Below, piece after piece: positions 1 through 13,600 of a stretch of DNA of 64,000 nucleotides. The notes beneath the pieces were generated by a model that ran no database searches, was not told where the DNA came from, and worked only from the letters and a program-made list of their open reading frames with translations. Made by a program: the position numbers and the translations under genes. The first letter of the stretch is position 1, and every line of letters begins with the position of its first letter. The stretch spans positions 3,224,001-3,288,000 of the forward strand of contig JBLDXI010000013.1 of NCBI GenBank assembly GCA_047495785.1. Direction: 5' to 3'. The DNA is from Lepidodermella squamata. Taxonomy: Eukaryota; Animalia; Gastrotricha.

Positions 1-595
1 ACTGGCGCAAAACCCGCTCGCCGACCAGCGACGACAGCTGCCCGGGTGTCGATGGCAACCGCAATTTCGACTTCAAATGGACCGGCGGCGGTGATCCGTG
101 TGATGAAGATTACTCCGGCACGGGCCCTCTGACGGAACACAACACCCAAAACATCGATGCTTTCATGAAGAAGCAGAACCAGACGCAGCATGGTCTGGCG
201 TTCTTCTCAATTCACACCTATTCCTCAGTGTGGCTCCTGCCCTATGGTTACGCTCGCCGTGCTTACCCTCCAGACTACAACGAACTCGTAATTTTTTAGA
301 AAAATTTTCGAATTTTCTTCCATTGAAATTGTTTCAGCTGCGTGTTGGAAACATCGGCGCTAATGCTTTGATGGCTACTCACAATACGCAGTGGCAAGTT
401 GGAAATATTGTCGACCTGTTGTACGTCGCCGCTGGTAACAGCGCTGATTACTACAAGGGCCACAACTACGTCAAGTACTCGTACGCTATGGAGCTTCGTG
501 GTACCGATTTCGTCGTCCCTCAATCCGATATTGTGCCGTCTGGTCAGGAAGTTGGCAATGGTCTCATGGCAGCTATCCAGGCCATGAAGGCATAA
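1..595 (+). CDS. M14A metallocarboxypeptidase CP1, 5'-truncated by the window edge (exons <1-287, 339-595)
   Basis: Reads WRKTRS...DGNRNFDFKW...SIHTYSS...DYNEL, then a GT-AG intron at 288-338, then LRVGNIG...LYVAAGNSADYY...MELR. These are the Arg127, Asn144/Arg145, His196, Tyr248 and Glu270 equivalents of the carboxypeptidase A/B family. Confidence 0.93.
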
Positions 596-926
596 CAATT
601 TGTGATTGCAAAAAAATCAATCAATCGTCCGAAACTTTGACCTAATTATAATTTCATTGTGATTCAAAATAATGACCTATAAATAATATGGAAATAAATG
701 AGTTGAAGTTTTTGACCTACTTAAGGACAAGCACGCTGATAAGGTGACCTGAGTCTTATTTCTGAAATCTCACGTGAGTCTAGACACCCAATGGGTGCCA
801 GATGTATACTCTGTAGAGATAAGCTGGTCTAATGCCCCAGACTAATAACCCTAACGAAGTCGAGTGAACGCGACCATAATTGGAATTTGGAAATTTTTTT
901 CCGAGTTTTCTCGTAATGCAAGAATA

Positions 927-2640
927 ATGAAGCGAAATACTTTCTTTACGCTAATTTTGTTCGGTTTTTTCCAATTTTCATCCACTAATGAGGCTCACGT
1001 CATAACTGTCAGCGATTCTCACTCATCCGAGCCATTATTAAAGGGTGCCGTTCGATATGATGGAGATCAAGTGTTCAGAATTTACCCGAAAAGTCAGATA
1101 GACATTGAGTTCTTGAACACCGTTGTCCGAGATCATGAACAAGACCAGTCGCTATCATTCTGGAAACAGTCATCGACTATCGGGCAGCCAATCGATATTC
1201 ACGTGAAAGTAGGCAACGTCCCTCGAAATTTTTTGGATTTTTCTTAATACAATTTTTATTCAGGCAACAGCGGTTCAGTGGTTCAAAGTTCAAGTATTGC
1301 ACGCGTACCAAATTCCTTACACAATTCGAATAACGGATCTGCAACGGCACATCGAGCAGACCAATGCGTTCAACGAACAACGGCGGCGAAAATTGGCGGC
1401 TCTTCAGGGCGGAAACAGCAGCGTTGTCGGGCATTTTGTCAGCTACGACGATATTAGCGCTTGGCTCAGCTCGATTTGCACGACCTATCCGAATCTAGCG
1501 CAATGCGGGATCAGCGGAGTTTCGTATGAAAATCGAAAAATTCGCTATATTCGAGTAATTAATGCATTAATTTTCTATTTTAAAATCTCAATTTTTCAAA
1601 AATTAGTTTATTTCTAGTTTTATCAAGATGATTTTGTATAGGATTTTTTAAATTTCAAAATTAATTGAAATTAATTTTTGAAATTTGTAGCTTGGAACCA
1701 CGCCGGCAGCTAACGTTACAAAGCAAAATATTTTGATTTTCGGCGGTATCCACGCTCGCGAATGGCTGTCTCCAGCCACCCTAGTCCACGTTATCAATCA
1801 ATTTGTTCAAAAGTACAGCTCAGATGACGTAGCTAAAAAAATGCTCGACGATTACTACTGGTACATATTGCCCGTCGTGAACCCGGACGGCTACGAATAC
1901 ACGCGGTCTACGGATAGAATGTGGCGAAAAACTCGATCAATTAACACTGGATCGATGTGCGTTGGTGTCGATGGCAATCGAAATTTCGACTTTCATTGGG
2001 GATGTACGTTTCAAATTCAGAATTTTATAAATATTTTAAAATTGTTTTTTTTTACTTTTTTTAGCGAGTTGGAGCACGTGCGCCGAAGACTATTCTGGCC
2101 CTAAGGCGTTTTCTGAAAAGGAAACGCAAAGTCTGTCGATTTTCGCCCAAAACATCAAAGTGAAGAAATTCCTAGCTTTCTTCTCAATCCACACTTATTC
2201 CAAACTCTGGTACGTATTTAATGGGAAAAAATAATTATTTTATACCTCATTTTCCGCAACAGGATGCTACCATACGGTTATAAAAAAAATACTAGGCCTG
2301 ATGACTACAAAGAATTGGTAAAATTTCCGTTTTAGTATAATCTATGTTCTTCGAAATTTATATTCCTAATCAGCTTCGAGTGGGTCAAATCGGCGTCAAA
2401 GCTCTCATGGCAGTGAATAACGAGCGGTGGCGATGTGGCAATATTGTCGATGAGCTGTACGTAGCCGCCGGCAACACTGTGGACTACTTCAAAGGCACCG
2501 GTCTCGCGAAATACTCATTCGTTCTGGAGCTTAGGGGTGATGATTTTGTAGTACCGGAGACGGAAATCGACCCTAGCGGCCACGAAGTCTATGCTGGCTT
2601 TACAGCTGCAGTCGGTGCGATGCAACCAAATAGTGACTAG
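927..2640 (+). CDS. M14A metallocarboxypeptidase CP2 (signal peptide, pro-domain, catalytic domain; multi-exon)
   Basis: Signal peptide MKRNTFFTLILFGFF; pro-domain RYDGDQVFRI; GGIHAREW, NPDGYEY, WRKTRS, DGNRNFD, IHTYS, YVAAGNTVDY and LELR distributed over exons separated by short introns. Confidence 0.92.
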
Positions 2641-3074
2641 CTTCTATTAGATTCATAAAATTGTTAAGAGACATTTCGAAATAAACGAACTGAGTGAACA
2701 ATTAGCATCTGAATATTCTGGAATCAATAAAGCCTCGATTTAAAACTGCAGAAATTGCTTTTTTTGCGCTCCTGTTTAAATTTCGAATTTTCAGTTACAG
2801 ATGATAAATATAAAAATCCTAAATAATTATCTTGTGTCTTGAGGCGACTTTTTGCGTCCCACTTCATCCTATAAATCTCCGATCTCTATGCCTTAAACTA
2901 GAAAGGTAAGTACTTGTTGACTTTTCCTGCCATTGAAATCGATTTTGAATCGGAAGATCGCCCATCGCTTTGTTATGCACACGGCAATTCAGCTTTTAAA
3001 TAAATAATAAATTCTGTAATAAAAGTCTCCAAGCTATTTTTATTCTGATTTGCGCTGGAAAGAACCGGAGCAAA

Positions 3075-4692
3075 ATGATTTTCTGGGTGCTATTGTTAGT
3101 TAAATCAGCCTTAAGTGAGACGAATCCGGGCTGCGCGAACGCAATCGTTTCTGAGAAAGAAATTTTAGATGCTGTTTTCGTAAATTATTCAGCAAAATCA
3201 CGGCCGCGGCGAAAATTCGCCGAACATGTTTCGGTATCAGTCGGCTTTCGAATCCTATCAATAAAGGAATTTGTAGAACAGCAGAATCGCATTGTTTTCG
3301 ACGGATATTTTGTCCTTGTAATTCAGTATTATTCGATTTTTTTTCAATCATTATCGCCTTTTTTGTAGAGCTGGAAGGATGATTACCTTCGATGGAACGA
3401 TACACCTCGGCTAAATTGTGTAGACGGCATACTTGGAGATCATCAAACCGCATGGCGACCAGATTTATTTGTTGTCTCGGGGTAAAAGTTGGAACATTAT
3501 AAAATCACGATAAATTGACAGCAATTTTAACAGCGATTATCCATCTCTCGAGTCAACTGCTAAGATGTATGTGAATATGGATGGAACTATCCTCTATTAC
3601 CCTCAGGGCGAAATTGCCGTCAGTTGCCAGCTCGATCTAAGGTACTATCCATTCGACTACCAGATCTGCAAAGTCATGCTCGAAAGTTGGAACTATGTTC
3701 GCTCGAAACAAAAATTGCAACTTGATAAAAAGCCTTTCGCCAAGTCGCCGAATTTCTGGACCGAGCATGGCGAGTGGGAAGTTGTTGCAAATCACTCTGC
3801 AATTTGTCAACTAAAATACTTCAGCAGTGATGTCGATTTGTACGACGGGGTATTAATTCTTAAAAGATTTTATTTAAAAAATAAGCAACTTTTTTAATAG
3901 GCCGCTTTCGCCATTTTATTGAAGCGACGGCCTCTCTTTTATTTCACAAACACAATACTTCCTAGCCTGCTGATAGCATTTGTCGAACTGGTCGTATTCC
4001 TGCTACCTGTAAGTATTTTTCCGAATAATTAAACTTATTTTATCTGCCCATTTTTACTAGGAGACTGAAGTGCCGAAAATCGAAATATCATTCACGTGTC
4101 TATTGGCATACACAGTTTTTCATGTAATTTTTTAATTATTCATTATTTGATTATATTTTAGTTTAATTATTCTATATAGGATATGACGTCGTCATCGCTG
4201 CCAAGGTAATTGATATTTCATTCCACGTAAAATTATTAGCAATTATATTTTAAAGATCAAGCAAAGGCGTACCGTTGCTGTCCCTGTACATATTCCTTCA
4301 GGTAACTTAGAAAACGTAATATCTTTGTTCAATCCAATTTGCTACTTTCGTAGATGATATGCATTGCTGCTATCGCTCTCGCTGGTGAGGCGATAGTTGT
4401 TTTTCTCGGTCATACTGCGAACCGAAAATCCGAACCTCCTCGACCTTGGCTACTAACAACAATGAAGGCACTTGGCCGACCTTTCTGCGTGAAATTCGAC
4501 CTTCAGCGAGTCCTGCCCATCGACGCAAAGGTGATGCAAGAGACAATTAGAAGGCAGTGGCTTTTAATCGCCACAGTCTTCGAACGAATCTGTGCCTTGA
4601 CTTATTTCATGGCTATTACTGTTACACCGATTTTTATGTTTCTCGTCGCACCTGTGCCAAAAACTGTTGCAGATATATTGCACTTATGCTAA
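3075..4692 (+). CDS. Cys-loop pentameric ligand-gated ion channel subunit LGIC1 (8 exons)
   Basis: Signal peptide, NY...RP, WRPDL, Cys-loop CQLDLRYYPFDYQIC (C-x13-C), SWNY, GEWE, LKRRP-M1, M2 PKIEISFTCLLAYTVF, VPLL-M3, MA/M4 QWLLIATVFER. Spliced exons join in frame. Confidence 0.93.
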
Positions 4693-5244
4693 CTGAGCTG
4701 CTCATTTTAAGTAGGAATAAAGGTAATTATTTGGCTTAAGGAAATGATAATTCAAATCGTTACCTAATAATTCCATTTTAATGAACCAATCATTGGGAAA
4801 ATTCCTACGAATGGTTGGAAATTACGGAATTTTTTCTGAATTTTCCAAATTTTTCCCAGACTCGAGCTGACCGCCAAAACCTGCAAAGTTAATTGAAGCT
4901 ATATGTTTCCTATTCCTGTTTAAAAAGACCTGGAGGATTATGCTTAAAACAATTTTCTCAGTTCAGTTCGCAAAAAATAATTAAACTCGAAATCGCTAGT
5001 GCTCCAATTATTCATGAGACCGGGGCATTCACTCCACGGAAGCCAATGATTTACCTGGTATTTGCGAACTAGACATTTCACAATGACGTCATTGACCTTA
5101 AATCAGGCGCATGCCCACTTTCCGCAATACGCATTCCGCAAACAAACTCGATCGAGTTTTGCGAATGATTATTTATTTATTCATAAATTACGGTACCTGT
5201 TACCTGGTATAGCTCAGCTTTGGGAAATCGCATAGCTTTTTAAA

Positions 5245-6868
5245 ATGATGTTTTGGATTCTTCTGTTGGCAAATTCAAACTTGGCTGACGCAGCTCTTAA
5301 TTGCAGTAATACCATCGTTTCTGAAAAAGACGTTGTCGAAACAGTTTTCGTTAATTATTCACTCAAATCGCGGCCCCGCCGTAAGTTCGCGGACCCTGTT
5401 TTGGTATCAGTCGGCTTGCGACTCCTCTCGATCAAGGATTTTGTAGAACAGCAGAATCGCATTGTTTTCGATGGATATTTCGCCCTGGTTATATTCAAGA
5501 TCCGTATTTATCGAATAATGTCAAACTTGAAATTTTATATATTAAGACCTGGGTGGACGAATACCTACGATGGAACGATACGCCAAGATTAAATTGCGTT
5601 TATGGTATTTTAGGAGATCATCAAACAGCATGGCGTCCCGATTTGATTCTTGTTTCAGGGTAATTTTTAGAAAAATTATGTACCGGATTGAATTCGCGAT
5701 TTTAAACAGTGACTACCCCTCCTTGGAATCCTCGGCTAGGATGTTTGTCAACAGCGATGGAACAATCAATTACTACCCTCAGGGCGAAATTGCAGTCAGT
5801 TGCCAACTCGACCTGAAGTACTACCCGTTCGACTACCAAGTCTGTAAAATTATGCTTGAAAGCTGGAATTACGCCCACCCCCTGCAAGCATTGCAACTTG
5901 AAAGAAGGCCATTCGCTGAAGCTCCGAAAATTTGGACCGAGAATGGCGAATGGGAAGTAATTGCCAATTACTCCAAGATCTGCCAACTGACCTACCTGAG
6001 TAGTGATTATGATTTATATGACGGGGTAATTTTCGGCAAATATTCTTATAATTGCCATAACAATTTTTCTTTAATCTTAGGCCACGTTCGCTATTTTAAT
6101 AAAGCGCCGGCCTTTGTATTATTTTACTAGCATAATATTGCCTAGCATGCTGATCGGATTCGTTGAACTCGTCGTGTTCCTACTTCCTGTAAAAATTCAA
6201 GATTTTCAATCATTTTAATTTCTTTTTTCAAATTTTTCAGGCAACTGAGATGCCAAAAATCGAAATATCATTCACGTGTCTATTGGCTTATACAGTATTC
6301 CATGTAAATTCGGAAATTATTGTATCATGATGTTTATTATTGATCTTGTTCTAGGACATGACTTCATCTTCGCTGCCCAGGTATTTCAAATAAAAATAAA
6401 TTAACATGAAAATATTATCTCACTTCAAGATCGAGCAATGGCGTGCCGCTGCTTTCATTTTACATATTCCTTCAGGTGAAAATTTCATTTTAATTAATGT
6501 TTTCTTTATAATTTTTGCTAATTTTATAGATGATCTACATTGCCGCTGTAGCTCTTAGCGGTGAAGCGATAGTCGTATATCTCGCCAACATGGCAAACCA
6601 CAAATCCGAACCTCCTCAGCCATGGCTACTGGCAATAATGAAGGCACTTGGCCGACCTTTATGCGTAAATTTCGACCATCAGCGAATCATGCCTATCGAA
6701 GCGAAGGTGCTTCAAGAGACTATAAGAAGGCAGTGGCTTTTAATCGCGACTGTATTCGAGCGATTTTGTGCTTTGACTTATTTCACGGCTATAACTGTAA
6801 CGCCGATTGTTATGTTCCTCCTTGTTCCATGTTCAAAGACTCCGATTGATTTAATGAAGCTATGCTGA
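5245..6868 (+). CDS. Cys-loop channel subunit LGIC2 (8 exons; close paralog of LGIC1)
   Basis: CQLDLKYYPFDYQVC, SWNY, ENGEWE, M2 MPKIEISFTCLLAYTVF; same intron positions as LGIC1. Confidence 0.93.
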
Positions 6869-7021
6869 AACTGATATTGGAATTGTAAAATCAATGGCTT
6901 CAGTTTAAAAATATATTTACGAATCGGAAATTGCGATTTTTTTGGCACTTCGAGATAGCAATAAAATTCGCCGATTTTTCAGGTTTGCAGAATCAGTTTG
7001 TTTGTAAAGCAAAGCAGGGCC

Positions 7022-9547
7022 ATGGATTTGAAACATGTTTCCTTACTCACGCTCGGTTTTATAATTGTTCCAATTCTTACTGTTGCCAATTCACAAGATC
7101 TCGCATGTGAAGACCCGAAACTATTCGTATCCGAGAAAGATGTCCTAGCTAAAGTATTTGAAGGCTATGCCACACAGGCTAGACCTCGAAACAGGTACTC
7201 GGATAACGTCACGGTCACGGTTGGCTTGCGGCTCTTTTCCATCAAAGAATTCATCGAGCAGCAAAATACCATCATTTTCGACGGATTTTTCGCCATGGTT
7301 ATTATTCGCTAATTTTTTGATAATTTTAATTAAATCTGTTGACTAGAAATGGAGTGATGATTTCCTGAAATGGAACGACGTCCCGCCTCTCAATTGCGTC
7401 GCTTCGATATTGGTTGAGCATGAATCAGCATGGCGGCCCGATTTGTTTATAGTATCAAGGTTTGCGTGATTTGCGTGGCCAATTTGACATTAAGGCGGCT
7501 TTTTTCTATTTTTCAAAGCGATTATCAAAGCCTTGAGGGCAAAAGTAAAATCTGGATTGAGAGTGATGGCCGGGCTTATTACTATCCACAGGGCGAGATA
7601 CCCGTCAATTGCAACCTGGATCTCACGTACTACCCCTTTGACTACCAGATTTGCAAAATTAAACTGGAAAGCTGGAATTACGATGAGGGTCTGCAAAGCA
7701 TTGTCTTGCAAAATAATCCATTCATGAAATATCCGAATTTCTGGAGCGAAAATGGCGAATGGGAGTTGGTTGACAATCGGACAGATCTTGTTCACGAGCT
7801 TTACATTGGAAACGGCGATAAACGCTTTGATAGCGTATGATTCAAAAAATTCGAAAAATATTAAAAAAAAAAGAAATATATCTATAGATTGTTTACACGG
7901 TGCTATTGAAGCGAAGGACGTTTTTCTATTTCACGAATATGATCCTTCCTAGCATTTTAATCGCATTCGTCGAACTCGCAGTTTTCCTGTTACCCGTAAG
8001 TTGGATCCCGGAATTCGTTAATTCAACATAGTACTCTAGAGGAAGCTACATAGTAAACATAGTAAACATAGTAATTTTGCATAATAACACTTTTAAGTTG
8101 GATTTTTTAAAAAGACGCGAGCGAAGCGAGCAATGCATTTCAGCGACCGAAAACCTTGCCCCGCCGTGAAACGCGAGCAAAGCGAGCATCACGGGGCAAG
8201 GTTTTCGATCGAGCAAAGCGAGCTGAGTCGAGCGTAGCGAGAAGGCAGTGTGCTATCGAACTTTAATTTTTTCGAGCGGAGCGAGAACAACTAGTGAAAT
8301 ACTGTGCTGCGACAGTCGAACGCCCTATCGCCCGATGATTTCGGTAAAGCAAAGCTAGATTGATGATGTTTACTTCAAGGTCAACACCTTGCAATCACGA
8401 TGAAGGCCCTCTATAGTCATCTCAATTTCTATTCCCGAATCTTATAGAAAGTACATTTTTCGAAATCATCAAAATAATTGAAATCCCTGCTTAGATGAGT
8501 TGAAGCGAGTGATTCTCAAACATTCGCTCATTATTTATGTTCCAGACACAGAAACTGGATGAGAAACTCCGAAAAATTGTGCGTTTAGGTACGCGCAAAG
8601 CGGTTCAGAATAACCAAATTGCACATTTGGAGCTTTTTAGTTTTAAGATGGATTTTTTATTTTTGCGAAATTACTCTTCCTATGTGATTTTTCGCATTTT
8701 TTAGGGGTATAAACCCACGTAAAACGAAGAGGGTAACTGCTTCCTCCCGAGTACTATGTAAAATAGAGCCCACGATCCGGCTAGTTTCTCGGAAAAATCA
8801 CATAATAAGCCTCGGCTTCGCCTCGTCTTATTATGTGAGTTTTTCCTCGAAACTGGCCTCCTCTAGGGCTCTATCTATACATATTTCCGCCCATTCAGAT
8901 CGATGAGGTTGCCAAGGTCGAAATTTCCTTCACTTGCTTGCTGGCCTATACGGTTTTCCAGGTAAATTTATTAAAATGACCGCTAAGTTTCAAAATCAAA
9001 TGCTCTCTAGGATATGATCTCGCAAAGCATTCCAAGGTGAGAAATACTGATTTAAAATCATCATTCATCTTTCAACGCACAATATTTTCAAAGATCAAGC
9101 GACGGAATTCCATTACTTTCATTCTACATTTTTTGTCAGGTTCGCATTCAAATCGATCTATCAGTTTTTCATAAATTTGATTTTCAGATGATTTACATCA
9201 GTTTAATTGCTCTTACAAGTGAAGCTATTGTTGTTTCCATTGCTCATTCAGCGGAGAACGATCCACCAACTCCACCCGGATTCTTGTTAGTTCCTACGAC
9301 CTTGATCGCTCGAATTCTCTGCCTGAGGAACAATACGAAAATAACGACTGCTACCCACAAAATTTCCGAAGCTGCGAAGAAAGAATTTATTCGAGAGCAA
9401 TGGATTTTAATTGCGAGGGTAATTGAAAGAACGAGCGCGATGTTGTATTTCGCAGCTATTACAATAACGCCTATTGTCATGTTTGGATTCGCACCTGTAA
9501 CCCGAACGATACCGAAGACTCAAATGTATTCGGATGTCAATTTTTAG
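7022..9547 (+). CDS. Cys-loop channel subunit LGIC3 (8 exons; intron 4 expanded by repeats)
   Basis: CNLDLTYYPFDYQIC, SWNY, ENGEWE, M2 VAKVEISFTCLLAYTVF (exon starting near 8899), M4 EQWILIARVIER. Confidence 0.92.
8026..8759. mobile_element. Non-autonomous TIR element in LGIC3 intron 4
   Basis: 21-bp imperfect TIRs: acatagtactctagaggaagc (8026-8046) and gcttcctcccgagtactatgt (8739-8759). Internal cgagc(g/a)(a/t/g)agcgag motifs. The homologous introns of LGIC1/2 are about 50 bp. Confidence 0.65.
8763..8875. repeat. Imperfect palindrome (~110 bp) centred on cctcggcttcgcctcg
   Basis: atagagccc...gtttc.cggaaaaa.tcacataataag pairs with cttattatgtga.tttttcc.cgaaac...gggctctat. Confidence 0.65.
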
Positions 9548-10074
9548 CCACGAATTATGGCAACTTATCGTGAATCAAAGCTATGAGCCTCGATTTAATG
9601 TGTTTTCAGTGTTTTATTGCACAATTTTATATTCGTTATACACATTTTTCCTATAATATGTAAAGAACGAACCCAGCTGCTGTTCTAGTATTTATACTGG
9701 TGTATAAAAATCTATTCGGTTTGATGAATCGAAATGAACTCTAAATCAAATACCATATGCGCAATCTTTATTTACCAGCCATATGTTGCGTACTAAAAAT
9801 CAAAACTATGCAAGAGAGATAAAATCAATCTCGTCTAGGTACTATAAAGCCCAGGTAAAAAAATACCCACGAACTCTCAGCTTGTGTTCAATAAATTTAC
9901 GAGCGGGCAGTTTCATACTAATTTTGATGAAAACCATGAATATTTTATTGGAAGCAGATAATATATAAACTTCTGCTCAACTGGGTAATGCCTATATATT
10001 CATTGCTCGAGTTATTTTTTCCGGAAAAACGCAAGTCAATTCAGTTCATCAATTTCAGCATTATCGTCCAAAAA

Positions 10075-11615
10075 ATGAGGCTTCTTATTTTCATCGCATT
10101 GCTAACATCCCGCGAAACCTTAGCCGAAGTCTGTGATGCGAACATCACAGTCTCGGAGGGTGACGTCATAAACAAGGTATTGGAGAACTACTCGTCTCAG
10201 GGCCGTCCGAGGCGGAAAGCCTTCGAAACCGTCGAAGTTGGAGTGCAACTCAATCTATTAGGCATAAAGGAATTCATCGAGCGGCAAAATGATATCATAC
10301 TCGAATTGTTTTTCCTTTTGGTAAGCTAATTCCAATACAATTTTTCTACAATAAGCAATAATTCTCATTTTCATAAGAACTGGCACGATGATTTCTTAGC
10401 TTGGAATGACACTTACCCGTATCGTTGCATTAATGAAATTTTGATGTCCAATGAACTCGTTTGGAGACCAGATTTCTATATAGCTACAGGGTGAGTCATC
10501 CTTAACTGGGCATATTTTTTCAATATCTTTTCTGTTTCCTAGAGACTATACATCTTTGGAAAAGGATAAACGGATAGGTTTCAGCAAGGATGGAAAGGCT
10601 CTTTACAGCCCTCATGGAGATTTGTCAATAAAGTGCCCCTTAGATCTGGTTTATTTCCCATTCGACTACCAAATCTGCACCATTTCTTTGATGAGCTGGA
10701 ACTCGCCAAAATCAAAGCTAGCAATCGGCCTTCACTCGGAACCTTTCATGAGACATGGTCACCTATGGTCGGAGAATGGCGAGTGGGAAATTCTCGGCAA
10801 CAACACTGAATTAATTTTTTCTGTTTATGGCACTGATGAAATCTACGAAACGTTGGAGTTTAAACTACTCCTGAAGCGAAGACCGTCGTTTTACATAGTC
10901 AACATCATCATTCCAAGTATTCTCATTGCAGTTGTTGAAGTTGTTGTATTCCTCTTACCAGTAAGTTTCACCCTCTCATAAGATTTCACATATTTGACTT
11001 CGCTTTTCAGATCACGGAGGTGCCTAAAGTTGAAATTTCTTTCACTTGCCTTTTGGCTTATGCCGTTTTTCTCAACATGATTTCATCGGAACTACCCAAG
11101 TAAGCTTTCATGCGAGTGCCTATGAATCATCAAGGATGTCCATTTATTCGTTAGGTCTAACGGGGGCATTCCTTTACTCTCGCTCTACACAATTCTTATG
11201 GTGAGTTATTTCATCTCATATTTAAATGATTATTCCGTCTATTTTTCTCTAACAGATGATTTATATTGGAGTGATCGCTTTGATTAGCCAAGCCGTTGTA
11301 GTAAGCGCTGCACATGGTGCTGCCAAAAGACGGAAACCCCCACCCAAATTTCTCATATGCCTTGCTCGACCAATCGGGAGAATTTTATGTGTTTCGGACG
11401 AGAGCATACTCCATTCGCAGCAGCCTAGCTCTGACAACAACGAAGGCCGAATTTCTGATGATACTGCAAAAGACTTGAGGAAGAGAGTTATAAGGGAGCA
11501 GTGGAACTTTATCGCTCAAGCACTGGAACGTTCAAGTGCCTTGGTCTATGTTGCTGCGATCACTATAACGCCAACGGTTATGTTTTTCAGTCTGCCGCAG
11601 TCTAAATCCCTTTGA
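10075..11615 (+). CDS. Cys-loop channel subunit LGIC4 (6 exons)
   Basis: CPLDLVYFPFDYQIC, SWNS, ENGEWE, LKRRP, M2 VPKVEISFTCLLAYAVF, M4 EQWNFIAQALER. Confidence 0.93.
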
Positions 11616-11989
11616 AAATTAATGGATGTGAGCGTGAGATTGATTGAAGAATAAAACGAATGGTAACAAGTTTGACTGCGCAAGATTTTGCCTCCGCTTC
11701 AAAACGATTAAGGAATCAATCTAGACGAAAGTGAAGCTCATATCTTTCAAGTTTACAGATGGTTCCAGCTTTCATGTCTACAATGGTTTTATTCCTTGCA
11801 CCTGTCAGATTTTGCATCACTGCATCATGTCAGATTTTCATGCCGACTCCGCACATTCTGTCGAAGCTTTTTAGGAAAAGCATAGCAAACTCCCATCTAA
11901 TACACTTATCACAATTCGCGGTTTTATCCAGCAAAGCAATTATTTTAAGATTGAAGAAAACAAACAACTCCTCTGTTTTTTCTGCTTGT

Positions 11990-12190
11990 CACACCCAACT
12001 TGGCATTGCCGGTAGACGTGATTAATTAGTGGCAAAAAACTCGTGGCTTCCTATCATCACCTTATCTTGACGCATTGTGGCGCGTCACCGGAAAAACGTA
12101 ACCCCTTATCACGTTTTCAATCACAATGCCCAGCCAGAGAGTACTTAAGGGTTCAACTCTCACACCCACTGTTAAAGCTGAAAGACGTAT
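11990..12190 (+). promoter_or_regulatory. Conserved GATA-rich upstream block of CP3
   Basis: Aligns by eye with 28830-29040 upstream of CP4. Retains cttcctatcatcaccttatctt and aaccccttatc (WGATAR motifs on the minus strand). Confidence 0.6.
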
Positions 12191-12233
12191 AAAAAACGGA
12201 AAGAACAGATACCATTTCTTTCAGTAGAGCAAA

Positions 12234-13600
12234 ATGCATTTCAAGTTAGTTTTCATTGCCCTGTTCGGGCTCGTTGCTGTTTCGAAGGCAACCAAACGCT
12301 ACGATGGAGACAAAGTTTTCCAGATGATCCCGCAGGACGACGATCAAGTTCGCTACTTGCGCCAGTTCGAGGATAGTGACAACGGCGATTTCGATTCGTG
12401 GAAGGAAGCAGCTCATGTTGGCGATACCGTCGACATCCGAGTCAGTGCCAAGATGGTGCCATTCTTCGCCGCTATGTTGAATGCAACGGCTATCCCTTTC
12501 CGAGTGACAATCGACGATGTTCAACAGTTGATTGATCGCGTCGATGCTAAAAATGCAGCGATGAGCATGTCAACCTGGTCAACCAGTGACCAGCGCATTG
12601 TTGGCACTTTCGCTTCCCTCGCCGATATCAACGCTTGGATGACATCCATGTGCAGTCAATACCCCGAGAAAGCAACCTGTGGCAACATCGGCGGTCAATC
12701 TTACGAGAAGCGCGACATCAACTACATCACGATTGGAACTAAGGCAACAGGTGGCGCCAAGAAGCCGTCCATCTTCCTTGAAGGTACCATTCACGCTCGC
12801 GAATGGCTGGGTACTTCCACTCTGATCTGGATCGCTAACAAGATGTTGACCCAATACGAGACTGACGCAGAGGTCAAGCGCATTGTTGACAAGTTCGATT
12901 TCATCATTGTTCCCGTTGTCAATGTTGATGGCTACGAATACTCGCGAAACAAAGAGCGTCTATGGCGAAAGACTCGTTCCGTTGTCAAGTCTGGGCTGCA
13001 GACCTGTTACGGCTGTGATCCTAATAGAAACTGGGACCACAATTGGTCAGGTATGATTATATTCTTAAGCTTACCACTTTGCACAATCTTGTTACTCTAG
13101 TTATTGGTTCAAGCTCTTCCCCTTGCTCTGACACCTACCATGGTCAATCAGCTTTCTCAGAGCCGGAAACTCAGGCTTTGTCAGCTTTCATCAGAAGCAA
13201 GAAGGATAACATGATCGGCTACTTCGCTGTCCACGCTTACTCTCAATATTGGATGCTTCCCTTCGGCTCTGGAGCCAACCCTCGCTCTGAAGATTACGAT
13301 GAGCTCATGCGTGTTGGCAACATCGGCCTTTCTGCGCTGAAAGCCACCTGGCGAAAAACCGGCTTGAAAAAGGAACCCACGTGGAAAATTGGTACTATCT
13401 TGGAAGTTATCTACCCTGCAGCTGGTGGCTCTGTTGACTGGGTTAAGGACACTCTAAAGATCAAGTACGTCTACGCTTTGGAAGTTCGTCCGGCATCTGG
13501 TACCTTGAACGGCTTCATCGTCGATGCCTCTGAAATCCCAAATAGTGGCACTGAAGTATGGGCCGGTCTTGTGGCTTCTGCAGATGCCATGCAGTTATAA
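12234..13600 (+). CDS. M14A metallocarboxypeptidase CP3 (2 exons; intron ~13051-13100)
   Basis: Signal peptide, KRYDGDKVF pro-domain, EGTIHAREW, WRKTRS, DPNRNW, VHAYSQ, YPAAGGSVDW, LEVRP. Confidence 0.96.

Noticed and set aside
12246-12854. Long antisense ORFs over CP3 and CP4 (also 29116-29910) and over BRD9 and SF3B2
   Set aside because: They are shadows of codon-biased sense genes, with no motifs of their own.
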